Positions 20,832 through 31,513 of a stretch of DNA of 64,000 nt are shown here, piece by piece (positions within the stretch are counted from its first letter, which is position 1; each line of letters starts with the position of its first letter). The translations under genes were made by a program, and so were the position numbers. This DNA comes from Candidatus Latescibacterota bacterium (GTDB taxonomy: Bacteria > Latescibacterota > CBDEFO01), in NCBI GenBank assembly GCA_965237525.1, contig CBDEFO010000003.1:1-64000 (forward strand). The letters run 5' to 3'. The notes beneath the pieces were generated by a model. The model ran no database searches. It was not told where the DNA came from and saw nothing but the letters and a program-made list of their open reading frames with translations.

Positions 20832-22235
20832 GTGATGAAAATCCGTGTCGTACTATTGCTTCTGTTGGTATATCAGCCGGTTTATGGCGATACAGGGCCT
20901 GAAGGGATGCTGAACCAGTTGCTCGATGCTCCATGGGCGGATAGCTCTTCTGCTTTGTTGCAGGATTCTTCTTGGAGGACAGAACACTATGGAGAAATGA
21001 ATCTCAAGGAGGCTCAAGGCTATGCGTTGAGATCATTCACGCAAGAGGATCAGAACAGCCGGTTGAGACTATTCACTTATGCTGAGCCTTCTCTTCATGC
21101 GGTTATAGAGTTAGTGCTGATGGGGTATCTGCGAATATCTGTTCAGTCTGAAGAAGAAGGCAAGAGTGTGGGTGAAAGTATCCTCCAATCGCTGAAAAAT
21201 AGTGATTTCAGTATCGAAGCTGGTGCAAACGACAGCTATCGTCATTTTGGGCTGGGGCATTGGAAAAATGTCTTGAGCATAGAGAAGGGGAAGCTGAGCG
21301 GATTAGTATACTATGCGTACGACAAGTACAAGAAGAAAAGGTATGTGAAAACCGTCTTGCGGCATAGGAGATTCCACGAGTACGATCACAGACGGTGGTC
21401 TCCAGGGCAGGACAAGCTGATCTGGTGGGAGCCTCTTAAGATGCCCGAAAACCTTGTCGAGGAGCTTGAGGCAAGAAATATCGCTCAGCTTATTACTTCG
21501 GCGCAGTGGGAGAGAATCAAGGAGATATCCCGATCCAGTCAACAATATTATCTGCCCAAGGGTAAGCGAATGAGTGTCCCCGATCTTATGGCAATATACG
21601 AAACGATAGACCAAGAGATGATGAGTGAAGAAGATAGGCCACTCTTTCTTCTCTTCCAGGAGTATGTGGTCAGGTATATGTTCAGATTTGGGCTGCGTGA
21701 AAATGTAGATCCTCACAAGCCATGGTTGAAACGCTATGGTCTGGAATATTATTATGGCGAACTTGGAAGGTCATATAGTTACGACCAGAATCTCCTCGCA
21801 AATCTGGCTAGTAACTATGGGGATTCATATTGGGGACACTTTGCGTTTGTTCAAATGATGATGGGGGGTTTCGATACACCGCCTAGATGCCGTAAGGGAA
21901 GGGAACAATGGCCGAAGGTTTTGTCGGAGGGACAAGCCTTTCTGGAACACTATACTGAATCCGAATTCACACCTGATGTGCTGTTCTTTCTGGGCAAGGC
22001 AGAAGAGACTCTTTTTTGCTTGGGCTTGACTAAGAGCGAAGACTTTGCGTATGTTCAGTGGACGAAATACGAGGCTTATAGTGAATTGAGCAGATTAAAT
22101 GCCATGGCTTATTATGAACAGGTCCTCCGTACGGAAAAAGCTGCGAAATACAAGTCGCATCTGAAGTTCATTCTACCGAGACTCAGAGCTGCCATAAGCA
22201 CTGGATCTACTTATTACTACTGTGGATACGATTGA
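20832..22235 (+). CDS. Hypothetical secreted protein with TPR-like C-terminal helices
   Basis: 467-aa ORF, signal peptide, FLEHYTESEFTPDVLFFLGKA segment. Confidence 0.6.
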   Translation: MMKIRVVLLLLLVYQPVYGDTGPEGMLNQLLDAPWADSSSALLQDSSWRTEHYGEMNLKEAQGYALRSFTQEDQNSRLRLFTYAEPSLHAVIELVLMGYLRISVQSEEEGKSVGESILQSLKNSDFSIEAGANDSYRHFGLGHWKNVLSIEKGKLSGLVYYAYDKYKKKRYVKTVLRHRRFHEYDHRRWSPGQDKLIWWEPLKMPENLVEELEARNIAQLITSAQWERIKEISRSSQQYYLPKGKRMSVPDLMAIYETIDQEMMSEEDRPLFLLFQEYVVRYMFRFGLRENVDPHKPWLKRYGLEYYYGELGRSYSYDQNLLANLASNYGDSYWGHFAFVQMMMGGFDTPPRCRKGREQWPKVLSEGQAFLEHYTESEFTPDVLFFLGKAEETLFCLGLTKSEDFAYVQWTKYEAYSELSRLNAMAYYEQVLRTEKAAKYKSHLKFILPRLRAAISTGSTYYYCGYD

Positions 22236-22383
22236 TCTATCTGCGGTTCTTCACCTACGCTGGGCGAACGTCTTCATCGCATTCCGCCTAATTTCCTTTC
22301 TTTCACTCGACTAACGTGGTTTGCCTAGAACTGGGAAACGTGAACCTAAATTCTTGCACATTCTACCTCGGTACATTTTGTTC

Positions 22384-22412
22384 TTGACATTTAGAGCCAT
22401 TTTTATTATCAT
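22384..22412 (+). promoter_or_regulatory. Sigma70-type promoter for tRNA-Ala
   Basis: TTGACA-N17-TATCAT. Confidence 0.65.
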
Positions 22413-22423
22413 AAAGAGCAAGT

Positions 22424-22499
22424 GGGGCTGTAGCTCAGATGGGAGAGCGATTGTCTGGCAGACAATAGGTCAGGGGTTCGATCCCCCTCAGCTCCACCA
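22424..22499 (+). tRNA. tRNA-Ala(GGC), CCA encoded; island integration site
   Basis: GGGGCTG/CAGCTCC acceptor stem with G3-U70, ATTGT-CT-GGC-AG-ACAAT anticodon arm, GGTTCGATCC. Confidence 0.97.
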
Positions 22500-22551
22500 A
22501 TAAAAACAAGGAGTTATAAAAATCATTGTAGCTTCTTTCTTCGTTTTTCTA

Positions 22552-22665
22552 CTATAAATCTCCCAAATCCTCCAGTTGTTCCGCTGCCTGCCTGTGAACC
22601 TCAGGCATCAGAGGACCATAGCGATCCAGCGTTGTTGTGATGGACGCATGTCCAAGTTGACAACG
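22552..22665 (-). pseudogene. Tyrosine integrase C-terminal stub, copy 1
   Basis: QLGHASITTTLDRYGPLMPEVHRQAAEQLEDLGDL* (box II LGH...T..Y). Confidence 0.8.
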
Positions 22666-22942
22666 ATATCGACCGTCCGATAATCTCCAAAATTTGGTAC
22701 ATCTGCATTAGCTGCATATTCGCAAACCTTAATATGCAGCAATAATTGACTGTTCTCAACATATAAAGGTGCCTAATATTGTAGCATTACCTTGTGTTAT
22801 CTGTAACTATAACAGCCTCTGCCTTTTTGTATCCCCGAATCCCATCTCCTCGTACTGAGCTCCTACCTCTTTGCAATGGGTAGGGGCTTGCCAAATTCGA
22901 CCGAATAAGTGTCCTGCCCAATGATCGCCAAACCGCTGTCGC

Positions 22943-23075
22943 TCACCGTCCCGGGGTGACCGGCCAGATCGGCTCGAGCTGCCAGGCATCCAGCAAGATG
23001 AGCGTCGCATCGCCGCCGCGGGCGAACACGTCGATGCCCCTGCTGTCGGCACACGTCGGGTACACCCGCTCTGTC
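22943..23075 (-). pseudogene. 3'-terminal stub of the GH32 gene
   Basis: Near-identical to 31514-31646 (...VFARGGDATLI...WQLEPIWPVTPGR*). Confidence 0.8.
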
Positions 23076-23139
23076 AAGGGGAGCGGTATGCTTCGCTACG
23101 TCTCAAGTTAAAGTATGAAAGAATTTGTGTATCGACCGA

Positions 23140-24723
23140 TTACCTGAAAATAATGTTTAGTCCAATCAAAATTACGGCAAGAATCATGCCAAAGTAACCG
23201 ACAGTCCGGGAATCAACAATAATCAGTTCTCCCCATTTGATCTTTTGTCCTGGTAAGAAATACGATATTCCGGCAATAATACCATAACACAAGACAATCA
23301 CCCATCCGGTTCGGTTCAGGTAGTTCATATCAGGAAAGATGAGATATTTAAATGCAAGTGAAACAACAGCACTTGCCACGAAAACAGTTGCCACAAGATT
23401 CTTGGGTGCTCCAGTACAAAATACTGCTGCCAGGATTAATATGGTAAAACCGGCTTTGATGTGATATGAAATCTCATTCGTCAGATGGGAAAGCGGAAAA
23501 TCAAGCCCGTGATACTTAATGTAAATGAGTGAAAATGCAAACAGAATTCCAACCAGGGTTGATACTCCAATGGTATTCTTCCCGATCCGGATCAATTGTT
23601 TGTCCGTCGCATCTTTATTAATTCGTCTCTTGTAAATATCAAAAGAATAGAGCGTACTCACCGAATTGATTATGGAATCGACCGTGCTCATAAGAGAAGC
23701 AAAAAGTCCCATCAAAACAAAACCACGGACACCCGGTGCCAACAGGGTGTTCACTAATACAATGTAGGCCTGATCAGGGTCCTCCAACCGTTCATGAAAA
23801 CCAACCAGGGCAATGGGTGGAATAATAATGAGCGCTGCCACAAAGTATTTCAAAAAGCCACCTACAACTAATCCCAATTGAGCATCCCTTAGCGAACGTG
23901 CTGCCAGAGATCTCTGCAGGATCACCTGGTTTGCTCCCCAATATTGAATGTGCATTAATAACATCCCAAAAAATACCGCTGTCCATGGAATTTTCTCATG
24001 ATCAGAAGAAAGAAACAGATGCATCAGATGATCCTTACCTGTCTTAATGCCGTCATAAAGATCAGGGTTATAGAGTTCAGACACACCACCAAGTGCTTTG
24101 ATCGCCAACACCAGGATGATGGTGGAGCCCCCCAACAACGTAATCATCTGGATCACATCGGTTCGCACTACAGCCGCAAGCCCACCAAAATAAACATAGA
24201 CGGCCGAAAATACCCCCATAAGAACCACAAGAATGTAGAGCCTGATTATAGGATCCGGATGGAGCATGCTCAATTGATCACCAAAGATACCATTAATGGC
24301 ATAACTTCCCCAATAGAGAGCGCCACCTAGATAGATAACACCAAAAAGGATGATGGAAAAAACCGAATAGCAAGTAGCCAGAAAAGGACCAAACCTGTCT
24401 TCAAAAAATTGTGTCAGGGTAAATACTTTTAACTTTAAATAGAGTGGGACAAAAAAGAATGCGGCTAACAGTATACCGAAAACGGCACCAATTTCAAAAT
24501 TTGCCTGAGCTAATCCGTAAGCATATGCAGCACCTCCCATACCGACAAAATGACCCGCTTGAATATTCGTGGCAATCGTAGACATTGCTATGGAGGGCCA
24601 ACGCAGTTTTCTACCGCTGAGGAAATAGTTGGTCGCATCCTTTTTTTGGACAGCGCTTTTATATATTCCAATTATGAATATTACGACAAAGTATAAGACC
24701 ACCATTAATAAATCTATGTTCAT
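23140..24723 (-). CDS. Sodium:solute symporter (SSS) family, sugar-type
   Basis: YFLSGR, STIATNI, YFGGLAAVVRTDVIQ, NQVILQRSLAA, ASLMSTVDS; visibly AT-richer than neighbours. Confidence 0.9.
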   Translation of the reverse strand: MNIDLLMVVLYFVVIFIIGIYKSAVQKKDATNYFLSGRKLRWPSIAMSTIATNIQAGHFVGMGGAAYAYGLAQANFEIGAVFGILLAAFFFVPLYLKLKVFTLTQFFEDRFGPFLATCYSVFSIILFGVIYLGGALYWGSYAINGIFGDQLSMLHPDPIIRLYILVVLMGVFSAVYVYFGGLAAVVRTDVIQMITLLGGSTIILVLAIKALGGVSELYNPDLYDGIKTGKDHLMHLFLSSDHEKIPWTAVFFGMLLMHIQYWGANQVILQRSLAARSLRDAQLGLVVGGFLKYFVAALIIIPPIALVGFHERLEDPDQAYIVLVNTLLAPGVRGFVLMGLFASLMSTVDSIINSVSTLYSFDIYKRRINKDATDKQLIRIGKNTIGVSTLVGILFAFSLIYIKYHGLDFPLSHLTNEISYHIKAGFTILILAAVFCTGAPKNLVATVFVASAVVSLAFKYLIFPDMNYLNRTGWVIVLCYGIIAGISYFLPGQKIKWGELIIVDSRTVGYFGMILAVILIGLNIIFR

Positions 24724-24789
24724 CTTTTACGCTCTAAATTTTTATTTACTGAGTTGTACTATATTTAATTGCTTGCAGGCAAATAAAGA

Positions 24790-24995
24790 ACCGAGACCTC
24801 TGTCTGCCCCGTCTGATTCCAAACGATTCAAGCTTTTTTTTAATACATCATTCTTCAATGACAGATCAGCAACCAATTGCTTTAAATGAGCGTTCTCCTG
24901 GCGAATATGTTTGACGCCTGATGCATTGGCTTCTCTTACCGTATCTCCACGCAAGCGTTTCTTACCTGCTTCTAAAAAATCCTTACTCCAACGGT
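24790..24995 (-). pseudogene. IS3-family OrfA fragment
   Basis: ...W.KDFLEAGKKRLRGDTVREA...RQENAHLKQLVADLSLKNDVLKKSL. Confidence 0.65.
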
Positions 24996-25014
24996 AATGC
25001 GTAGTATTTTGACC

Positions 25015-26787
25015 CTACTTGGGCCGGAGGATGATCGGCTGGCGCTCCAGCTCTGAGAACGACACTGTTGCCTTGAGTGTCTCGTATTGACCGCTGTAGC
25101 GCTTGTAGACTCGCAGCGTCACCCGCTCTGGCTCCGGAGCTTCGACTGACCAGTGATAATACCCGAATGGGTCGGTGTGGCAGTGCCAGCGATTCAGCAC
25201 AACGCACACCCCACCGATCGGTTGCCCCTTCGGATCCACGACCCGCCCGCGGACCAGTCGTCCTGGCTTGAGCTTAAATAGCTGTGCCTCACATTGAGGA
25301 TCAACCCTGACGTGCCGATACTGCGGCGCATATCTGTCCGCCTCCACGGTGAGGACGTATTCACCCAGTTTGACATCGTCAAAACGGAAGCGTCCCTGGG
25401 CGTCCGTCTGCACGATTGGATACTCGTTGGATGGTTGAATCGATCGGAACGCGAGCTTGGCATTGCCGATTAAGTTTGGACTAGCCCAGTCGTCCAGTTC
25501 AGTGTCTTCGAGCCAGTCGTCGGACGCGTAGCGGTTGGGGCTGCGCTCGACCTCTGCATTGGCAATCGGATTGCCTTGATGGTCCAACACGCTGCCCTCC
25601 AGACTCACGTAAGCCGGCGATACCTTCACACGCTCCACGGAGACCGGCCAGACCTTCAAGCCTTCAGCGTCGTTGCCAATCACCACCAGTTTGTTCGGAC
25701 CAGCTTTGATCATGTCGAACTGGCCGGTAATGAACGGCTCATGCAGATGTGAGAAGCTGATCCGGTCTTGCCATGTATGCCCGTTATCCAGACTAAAGGC
25801 TACGTGGAAGCCCGGCCTGCCATACTCGCATGCCACCACGCCGTTGTCCAGCACCGCCAATTCCGGGCAGATGTTCATCAGGTGCGGCTCGGTTGCCACC
25901 GGTTTGGTCCACGTCTTGCCCAGATCATCCGACCAGCTCACATGCAGCGGTCGGTATTCTGCGTTTATGTGTGCATATTGGGTTCGCATGACACAGATCA
26001 TCTGTCCGTTGGGAAGAAGCTCTATGGTCGACTCAGCGTAGCCGAGGTACCATCCCGGGAGCTCCGGGTTCGGGTCCTGCGGGTCAACCGCAACAGTCGC
26101 ATAGTAACGCCACTTGTGGCCCCGATCACTGGACAGGCAAAGTATCGTACGAGCTGTCGTGTCGCCTTTGAAGATACCTTGCATCGAAGCTAACAGATCG
26201 CCATTGGCCAGCTGGATCATCTTGTCATCGGCGAAGATTGGCCAAGTTGACATGGGCAGGTGGGTCTGCTTGGTGGTCACAGCGTCGGGCATGTAGACCT
26301 GGACCGGCGCTACCTCGTATTCGGTAAAATCGTCGTTGAACCAGGCAAACGTCGAGTGAAGCGTGAACCAGCCGTCCTTGTATTCTCCCGTCATCGGGGA
26401 TTTGTGGAACTCCGCTTCACCTATAGTTTTCTCATCAGTGGTGAGGATCTTGAGCACTCCGCCGTCGCGCAAGGCCACGCTGGCGCTGCCGCCACCCAGT
26501 TGGGCCGGCGAATCCATCTGCGGCCCCCAGGTGACCCCGCCGTCTGTGGACGTTCGGTAATACTTCGGCCCCTTTGGATAGAAGGCCGCGACAAGCCCAG
26601 TCCGAGAGACGGACAGACTCGCGGCATTCTGATACCTCATAGGGTGCAGGAAGGTTGGCTCGCCGACGGTGATCTTCAGAATCTCGATCTCTTCCGCTGC
26701 CGCAGACTTTGCCCCACAACCAGCATTAGGCGCAATGACCGCAAGGAAAAACATAATACTTATTACACAAAGACAATTCCATTCCAT
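25015..26787 (-). CDS. Secreted BNR/Asp-box propeller (sialidase-like) + carboxypeptidase-regulatory-like domains, paralog P1
   Basis: STDGGVTW, SSDRGHKW, SDDLGKTW, SLDNGHTW; TDAQGRFRF..V..GEYVLTVEA..YAP. Confidence 0.85.
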   Translation of the reverse strand: MEWNCLCVISIMFFLAVIAPNAGCGAKSAAAEEIEILKITVGEPTFLHPMRYQNAASLSVSRTGLVAAFYPKGPKYYRTSTDGGVTWGPQMDSPAQLGGGSASVALRDGGVLKILTTDEKTIGEAEFHKSPMTGEYKDGWFTLHSTFAWFNDDFTEYEVAPVQVYMPDAVTTKQTHLPMSTWPIFADDKMIQLANGDLLASMQGIFKGDTTARTILCLSSDRGHKWRYYATVAVDPQDPNPELPGWYLGYAESTIELLPNGQMICVMRTQYAHINAEYRPLHVSWSDDLGKTWTKPVATEPHLMNICPELAVLDNGVVACEYGRPGFHVAFSLDNGHTWQDRISFSHLHEPFITGQFDMIKAGPNKLVVIGNDAEGLKVWPVSVERVKVSPAYVSLEGSVLDHQGNPIANAEVERSPNRYASDDWLEDTELDDWASPNLIGNAKLAFRSIQPSNEYPIVQTDAQGRFRFDDVKLGEYVLTVEADRYAPQYRHVRVDPQCEAQLFKLKPGRLVRGRVVDPKGQPIGGVCVVLNRWHCHTDPFGYYHWSVEAPEPERVTLRVYKRYSGQYETLKATVSFSELERQPIILRPK

Positions 26788-26923
26788 ATCGATTCCTCCA
26801 ATCTTAGTAACCGTTCAGGCCCTTTGTGGGCCGTGATGCTTTGCCTGAGCGGGGAGCGGTATGAATGTATCTTTCTCATGTCTAATTACTTGAACATAAA
26901 GGAATAATATCTTCTACATTATT

Positions 26924-28243
26924 CTACCGTTTATCATAATCGTCGCTTGCTTCATCATCTTTAGTGATAAAAGCATAATCATAAATGGTATTATGTCTAT
27001 TCACCTGAAAACCAACAACTGCAGCAAGTCCTGCTGGAAAACTGTATTGCAAACCAAAAGTTTCGATTGTTATTATGCTTGCTGCTATTGGAATATTCAT
27101 ACTACTTGCAAGCACACCGCAAAATCCCCCAGCAATAAAAGCAGAATAACTTGCTGAACAATTATCAATACCTAATAAATTAGCCATGGAAGCTCCAAGA
27201 AGCATCCCAATGATAGCTGCTGGACCAGTGAAGCCTGCACTCATCCCTGATCCGACCGTTATACAATTTGCAATAGCTTTTACTATCAGCATGATTATAA
27301 GAATAAGAGCAATTGGAATTGAGTTGCTGAGATTTCCAAATAAGATTATTTTATCATTGTTAAATATAGAAACAATACTATTTTCGCTTGTTCCAAGAAG
27401 ATCAGGGTTTACAACCCATGCAAACGAGGAGGCTACAAATGAACCAAGGATTACCTTCAATAAAATATTGCTAACCTTTTCTCTTTTCATGAGCTTGGAT
27501 ATTCTTGCATAAAAATTTGTGTATGCTTTACCAAGGTAAGCCGCTTAAAATAGCCAACACTAAGAGCCAACCAAGTATTTTCACGTCCATGAATTCATTT
27601 ACTGCTTTGATTGGATAAAAGGTCTCCCATCCAAAAACTTTACATATATAAACTGCTATCGAACTAGCCAAAATTGAAGGAAAGAGATCACTATATCTCA
27701 TCTCAGATTTTTGTATTATTTCTACAGCAAAAATGCCTCCTCCTAAGAACTGTGAAATATTGCACCCACGGTTGCAGCAAGTCCACAAATGGATGCAGTT
27801 CTAAGATCATAATCAGAAAATCCAAGTTTTTCCCCAATTGATGACATAAGACCAGACGAAACCCTTCCTAAGGGGCCAACAATACCCCCATTTCCAAACG
27901 TTGATATTGTTGCAAGGGCAGCCCAAAATTTAAAGAAAGTTTCGGAGAAGGGAAGCTTACCTTTGTTATAACTAATACCCCTCAAATATGAAGGAATTCC
28001 CTCTCCTGATGCTCCGGGTTCAATACGATAGATTGAGGCTCCTACTATAACAGCACCTAAAATGCTCCATAGGGGAAGAGGTAGTTGTGTGCTTAGCAAG
28101 TAACTGCTTATAGTTTTCAGTAGATAGGTGAATGATCGTACGATGAAGGTTCCAATAACTCCGGAGAGAATTGCAATAACCACCCATTTTGTTAGATATA
28201 GCAGTGATTTTTTGTATTCTGAGTCAAGAGTTATTTTTACCAT
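26924..28243 (-). CDS. Chloride channel (ClC) family protein, split by two single-base frameshifts
   Basis: GEGIP, GNGGIVGP, GMSAGFTGP; three ORFs join at about 27745 (-1) and about 27538 (+1). Confidence 0.75.
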
Positions 28244-28303
28244 TTCGTATAACCTGATAGGTGACAGCGTACTTTTGAGAATTAATAGCTCGTTTGCAAT
28301 TTC

Positions 28304-28381
28304 GCATAACGTTCAAGAGTTCCCGAAACTGCGCAGCTTGTTTCTCCGGAGCGAAGCGAAGGCGGGCACTCGATGTTGTGC
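28304..28381 (-). other. Integron attC-like site
   Basis: Minus strand GCACAAC...GTTATGC ends, inner GAGTGCCCG/CGGGAACTC pairing, CTTCGCTTCGCTCC core; 78 bp. Confidence 0.6.
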
Positions 28382-28504
28382 GCTGTGCCAGCCCAGGGAA
28401 GGGTGGGGGCAGACTACAAGGGACACTCAAACAACCCTTGACATCCTTGACCGAACCATCGATAAACCTGCTTTATGATACCTATACGTTTAGGAATCGC
28501 GACG

Positions 28505-29362
28505 CTAGTTCATCGGTTCGGAAAACAACGACCGATCGAAACCATTCTTGAATTTGATGTTCGTGCACGTCGCCTTAACCCAATTGTCATCCTTAGGCTT
28601 TCCTTCCCAATTAGAAGCCACAATTCTTCTCTTTGTAGGAAATTTCACGCCTTCAATCACCTCGTAAGAAACATTCGTCCAAAATGGCTCAGCAAGGCCG
28701 AAATCCATCACAGTAAAGAGGAAATGATCAACGAGGTGGGTCTCTTTGCTAACATAAAGAATGTAAGTATCCTGAGCGTCCCCAACACCTTCTTCGTAGG
28801 AAACCTTCACGACATCATAATCTTTTCCATCCACCTCTTTGCTACCCTGATTTTCATAAATAATACTAGGGTCCAGCAGTTTGAACATCATCGTGAACCA
28901 ATAGTAATTTGTCTTCCTGGCAAAGTCGACCAATTTGTAAATCTGAGGATCGCTGTTATGAACCGCAGACCCGTCACGGAGCATCCAGCTCTTTTCGCCG
29001 TCAAAACCTTGAACAATCTCATCGCTCATCTGCGGGAAGGCATACTTCTCACGGGTCGTGTATTTCGCCCACGAGAGTTCTCCATTGAAAATATATTTTT
29101 CGAGCGAAACATCCTTCTTATTCTCGCTGAGCACGTGATAAGTGTAAGTATACTCAACGTCCTGCAGTTCATGAAGCCGGTCTTGGCCACCAATAGCCTT
29201 GATCATTTTTTCAATTATTGCGCGCGGCTCAGCAGCTTGAGCCTCGCTTACACCAAACACCAGGAAAACTGCGATACATACAGGTAAAAACACGATTCTA
29301 AGCACGACGCCTCCTGTTAGTGAAAAGACTAAAAATAGTTTACTTAAATTATGGAAGGGCAA
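28505..29362 (-). CDS. Secreted protein, DUF6503-like
   Basis: Signal peptide, AIGG..., YWFTMMFKLLDP, GVGDAQDTYILY. Confidence 0.6.
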   Translation of the reverse strand: MPFHNLSKLFLVFSLTGGVVLRIVFLPVCIAVFLVFGVSEAQAAEPRAIIEKMIKAIGGQDRLHELQDVEYTYTYHVLSENKKDVSLEKYIFNGELSWAKYTTREKYAFPQMSDEIVQGFDGEKSWMLRDGSAVHNSDPQIYKLVDFARKTNYYWFTMMFKLLDPSIIYENQGSKEVDGKDYDVVKVSYEEGVGDAQDTYILYVSKETHLVDHFLFTVMDFGLAEPFWTNVSYEVIEGVKFPTKRRIVASNWEGKPKDDNWVKATCTNIKFKNGFDRSLFSEPMN

Positions 29363-29546
29363 GTTTGACTATCCTACATTCTATCGGCGGGTGCCCCAAG
29401 AGGACAGGCCCACGGAACCGCCTACCTTACCGATCGCATAGGCCACCGGCTCTTCACCGTTGCCGAAACCAGGAACACCAATCCTTTCTGGATCCCGTCC
29501 CGATACGATGAACTCCACACGCTTGCCTCTTACGATCCTCTTCCGG

Positions 29547-30554
29547 TCACACCTTCCACACCTGTTCAAACAGCCGTAGCCAGTTGCCACCGAGGATCTT
29601 GGTGATGTCTTCCGACTCGTAGCCGCGATTTATCAAAGCGACCACGAGATTCGGAAATTCGGCGGGCGTCTCCATGCCCTTCGGCTGGAAAACCAATTCG
29701 TCGTAGCGCAGAGATGTGTCGGCGAAAGTGGCGGGGTATTTCGTGCCCTGCTGCGAGACAAGGTAGTGCCAGAAGCATAGGGGCTGGTCCTGCGTGTTGT
29801 CAGTGCCGATTCCGACGTGGTCGATTCCGACACGCTGCACCATGTCGTCAATGGCGTCGACGAAATCGTCTATGGTGGAATCGAATCCAGTGGGAAGGAA
29901 ATTTGCAAAAGAACAGGCGCCCACCACTCCACCCTTTTCGGCCAGCAGCTTCAGCGATTCTTCTGTTCGATTTCGCGGGTGATCGCAAAAGTTGCGCGCG
30001 TTGGCATGGGTGATGGCAACTGGCTGCTCGGATGTTTCGATGGCTTCAAGGGTGGTCTGGTCACCCACGTGGGACAGATCGATGACGATACCCAGTGCGT
30101 TCATCTCCCGAACGGCGTCAATGCCGAAATTGCTGAGCCCCTCGTCGCGTCGCTCCCAACATCCGTTGCCGAGCAGGTTCCGTTCGTGGTACGTGAGCTG
30201 GATAACGCGTACGCCTAAAGCGTGAAATAGTCCAAGTCGGTCCAGATCGTTCTCGATGGGGGAAGCATTTTGAAAGCCGAGTATGATTCCTGTCTTACCG
30301 CTTTCCTTGGCAGCGCGGATATCATAGGTGCTCCCTACCTTCAGGATGTCATGGCGTTCGCGGAAGCGACGCAGCCAGGCGGCGATGTGGTCCATGGTCT
30401 GCTGAAAGTTCTCCCAGGTCGCCACAGTTGCATTTATGGCGGTAACGTTACCGGCGCGCAGGGCTTCGAAAACGGCGACGCTATTCCAATTGCTCACGTT
30501 CAGACCGTCTATGACGATCGCTTCATCGTAGATTCTTCTCGTCTCAAGTTCCAT
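29547..30554 (-). CDS. Membrane dipeptidase (peptidase M19) family
   Basis: VIDG, GFQN, GVRVIQLTY, IDLSH, THAN, HPRN, DHVGIGTD, KILGGNWLR. Confidence 0.9.
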   Translation of the reverse strand: MELETRRIYDEAIVIDGLNVSNWNSVAVFEALRAGNVTAINATVATWENFQQTMDHIAAWLRRFRERHDILKVGSTYDIRAAKESGKTGIILGFQNASPIENDLDRLGLFHALGVRVIQLTYHERNLLGNGCWERRDEGLSNFGIDAVREMNALGIVIDLSHVGDQTTLEAIETSEQPVAITHANARNFCDHPRNRTEESLKLLAEKGGVVGACSFANFLPTGFDSTIDDFVDAIDDMVQRVGIDHVGIGTDNTQDQPLCFWHYLVSQQGTKYPATFADTSLRYDELVFQPKGMETPAEFPNLVVALINRGYESEDITKILGGNWLRLFEQVWKV

Positions 30555-30856
30555 CTTCTACTCCCTAAAATATTCCACTTCTGTCACAGTCCATACAACA
30601 CTGCGTTATTTTCCTGATAAGTAATTCTACAGGAGATCTGATGGATTACGTAGCTACCTAAGGTGTCGATCAATCAGGAGGGAAGATACAAAATAAGATG
30701 GTGAATGTCAATAGATGATTGTAAGTTGCCACAGAGATTACAGTTCTCAGTTCGGGGATGAGAGAGCCCTGCTTGGCCATGATACGTTGCTTCGCTCCTA
30801 CCGAAACAACACTTCTGGGAACACTCAATAGCCCTGGGGAATTTTGTCCTTTACTT

Positions 30857-30884
30857 TTCTACCAAACTTCTACTGAATTTCTAC
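30857..30884. repeat. Three TTCTAC repeats at 11-bp period, putative integrase arm-type sites
   Basis: ttctac at 30857, 30868 and 30879, about 115 bp from the att core. Confidence 0.5.
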
Positions 30885-30997
30885 TGGAATTAGCCAAAAC
30901 ACCGCGAAAAACAAAGAAACACCGTAAAAGGTGAAGGGTTGTTAGCCCAAATAAAGAGTAAGGAAACAACACGAAAGAGGAAGGAAAACCTAAAGCA

Positions 30998-31044
30998 GTC
31001 TGGCAGACAATAGGTCAGGGGTTCGATCCCTCTCAGCTCCACCA
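30998..31044 (+). repeat. att core: repeat of the tRNA-Ala 3' half
   Basis: GTCTGGCAGACAATAGGTCAGGGGTTCGATCCC(T)CTCAGCTCCACCA, one mismatch to 22453-22499. Confidence 0.92.
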
Positions 31045-31051
31045 ATAAAAA

Positions 31052-31083
31052 CAAGGAGTTACAAAAATCATTGTAACTCCTTG
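31052..31083. terminator. 13-bp inverted repeat next to the att core
   Basis: CAAGGAGTTACAA-aaatca-TTGTAACTCCTTG; degenerate copy at about 22507-22538. Confidence 0.5.
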
Positions 31084-31129
31084 CTGCGTTTTTCTGCTCT
31101 TTTTCTAATATAAGTCTACCAAACCCGCC

Positions 31130-31237
31130 AGACAACTGATCATCCAGTTGTTCCGCTGCCTGCCTGTGAACCTCCGGCATCAGATGAACATACCGATCCA
31201 GCGTCGTTGTGATGGACGCATGTCCAAGTTGACAACG
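31130..31237 (-). pseudogene. Tyrosine integrase C-terminal stub, copy 2
   Basis: QLGHASITTTLDRYVHLMPEVHRQAAEQLDDQL. Confidence 0.8.
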
Positions 31238-31513
31238 ATATCGACCGTCCGATAATCTCCAACATTTGGTACATCTGCATTAGCTGCATATTCGCAAACC
31301 TTAAAATGCAGCGTAATTGACTCTTCGCAACATATAAAGGTGCCTAATATTGTAGCATTACCTTGTGTTATCTGTAACTATAACAGCCTCTGCCTTTTTG
31401 TATCCCCGAATCCCATCTCCTCGTACTGAGCTCCTACCTCTTTGCAATGGGTAGGGGCTTGCCAGATTCGACCGAATAAGTGTCCTGCCCAATGATCGCC
31501 AAACCGCTGTCGC

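Larger units (their letters stand above)
22453..23075 (+). repeat. Direct repeat copy 1 (about 620 bp; partner 30998-31646)
   Basis: tRNA 3' half, integrase stub, spacer and GH32 3' end are all repeated. Confidence 0.9.
22500..31044. mobile_element. Genomic island A at tRNA-Ala
   Basis: Bounded by tRNA-Ala and a 47-bp repeat of its 3' half; integrase stub next to the tRNA. Confidence 0.75.

Noticed and set aside
28475..29287. 270-aa plus-strand ORF
   Set aside because: Antisense shadow of the DUF6503-like gene; no motifs
30998..31044. Second tRNA-Ala gene
   Set aside because: Lacks the 5' acceptor strand and D arm; it is an att repeat
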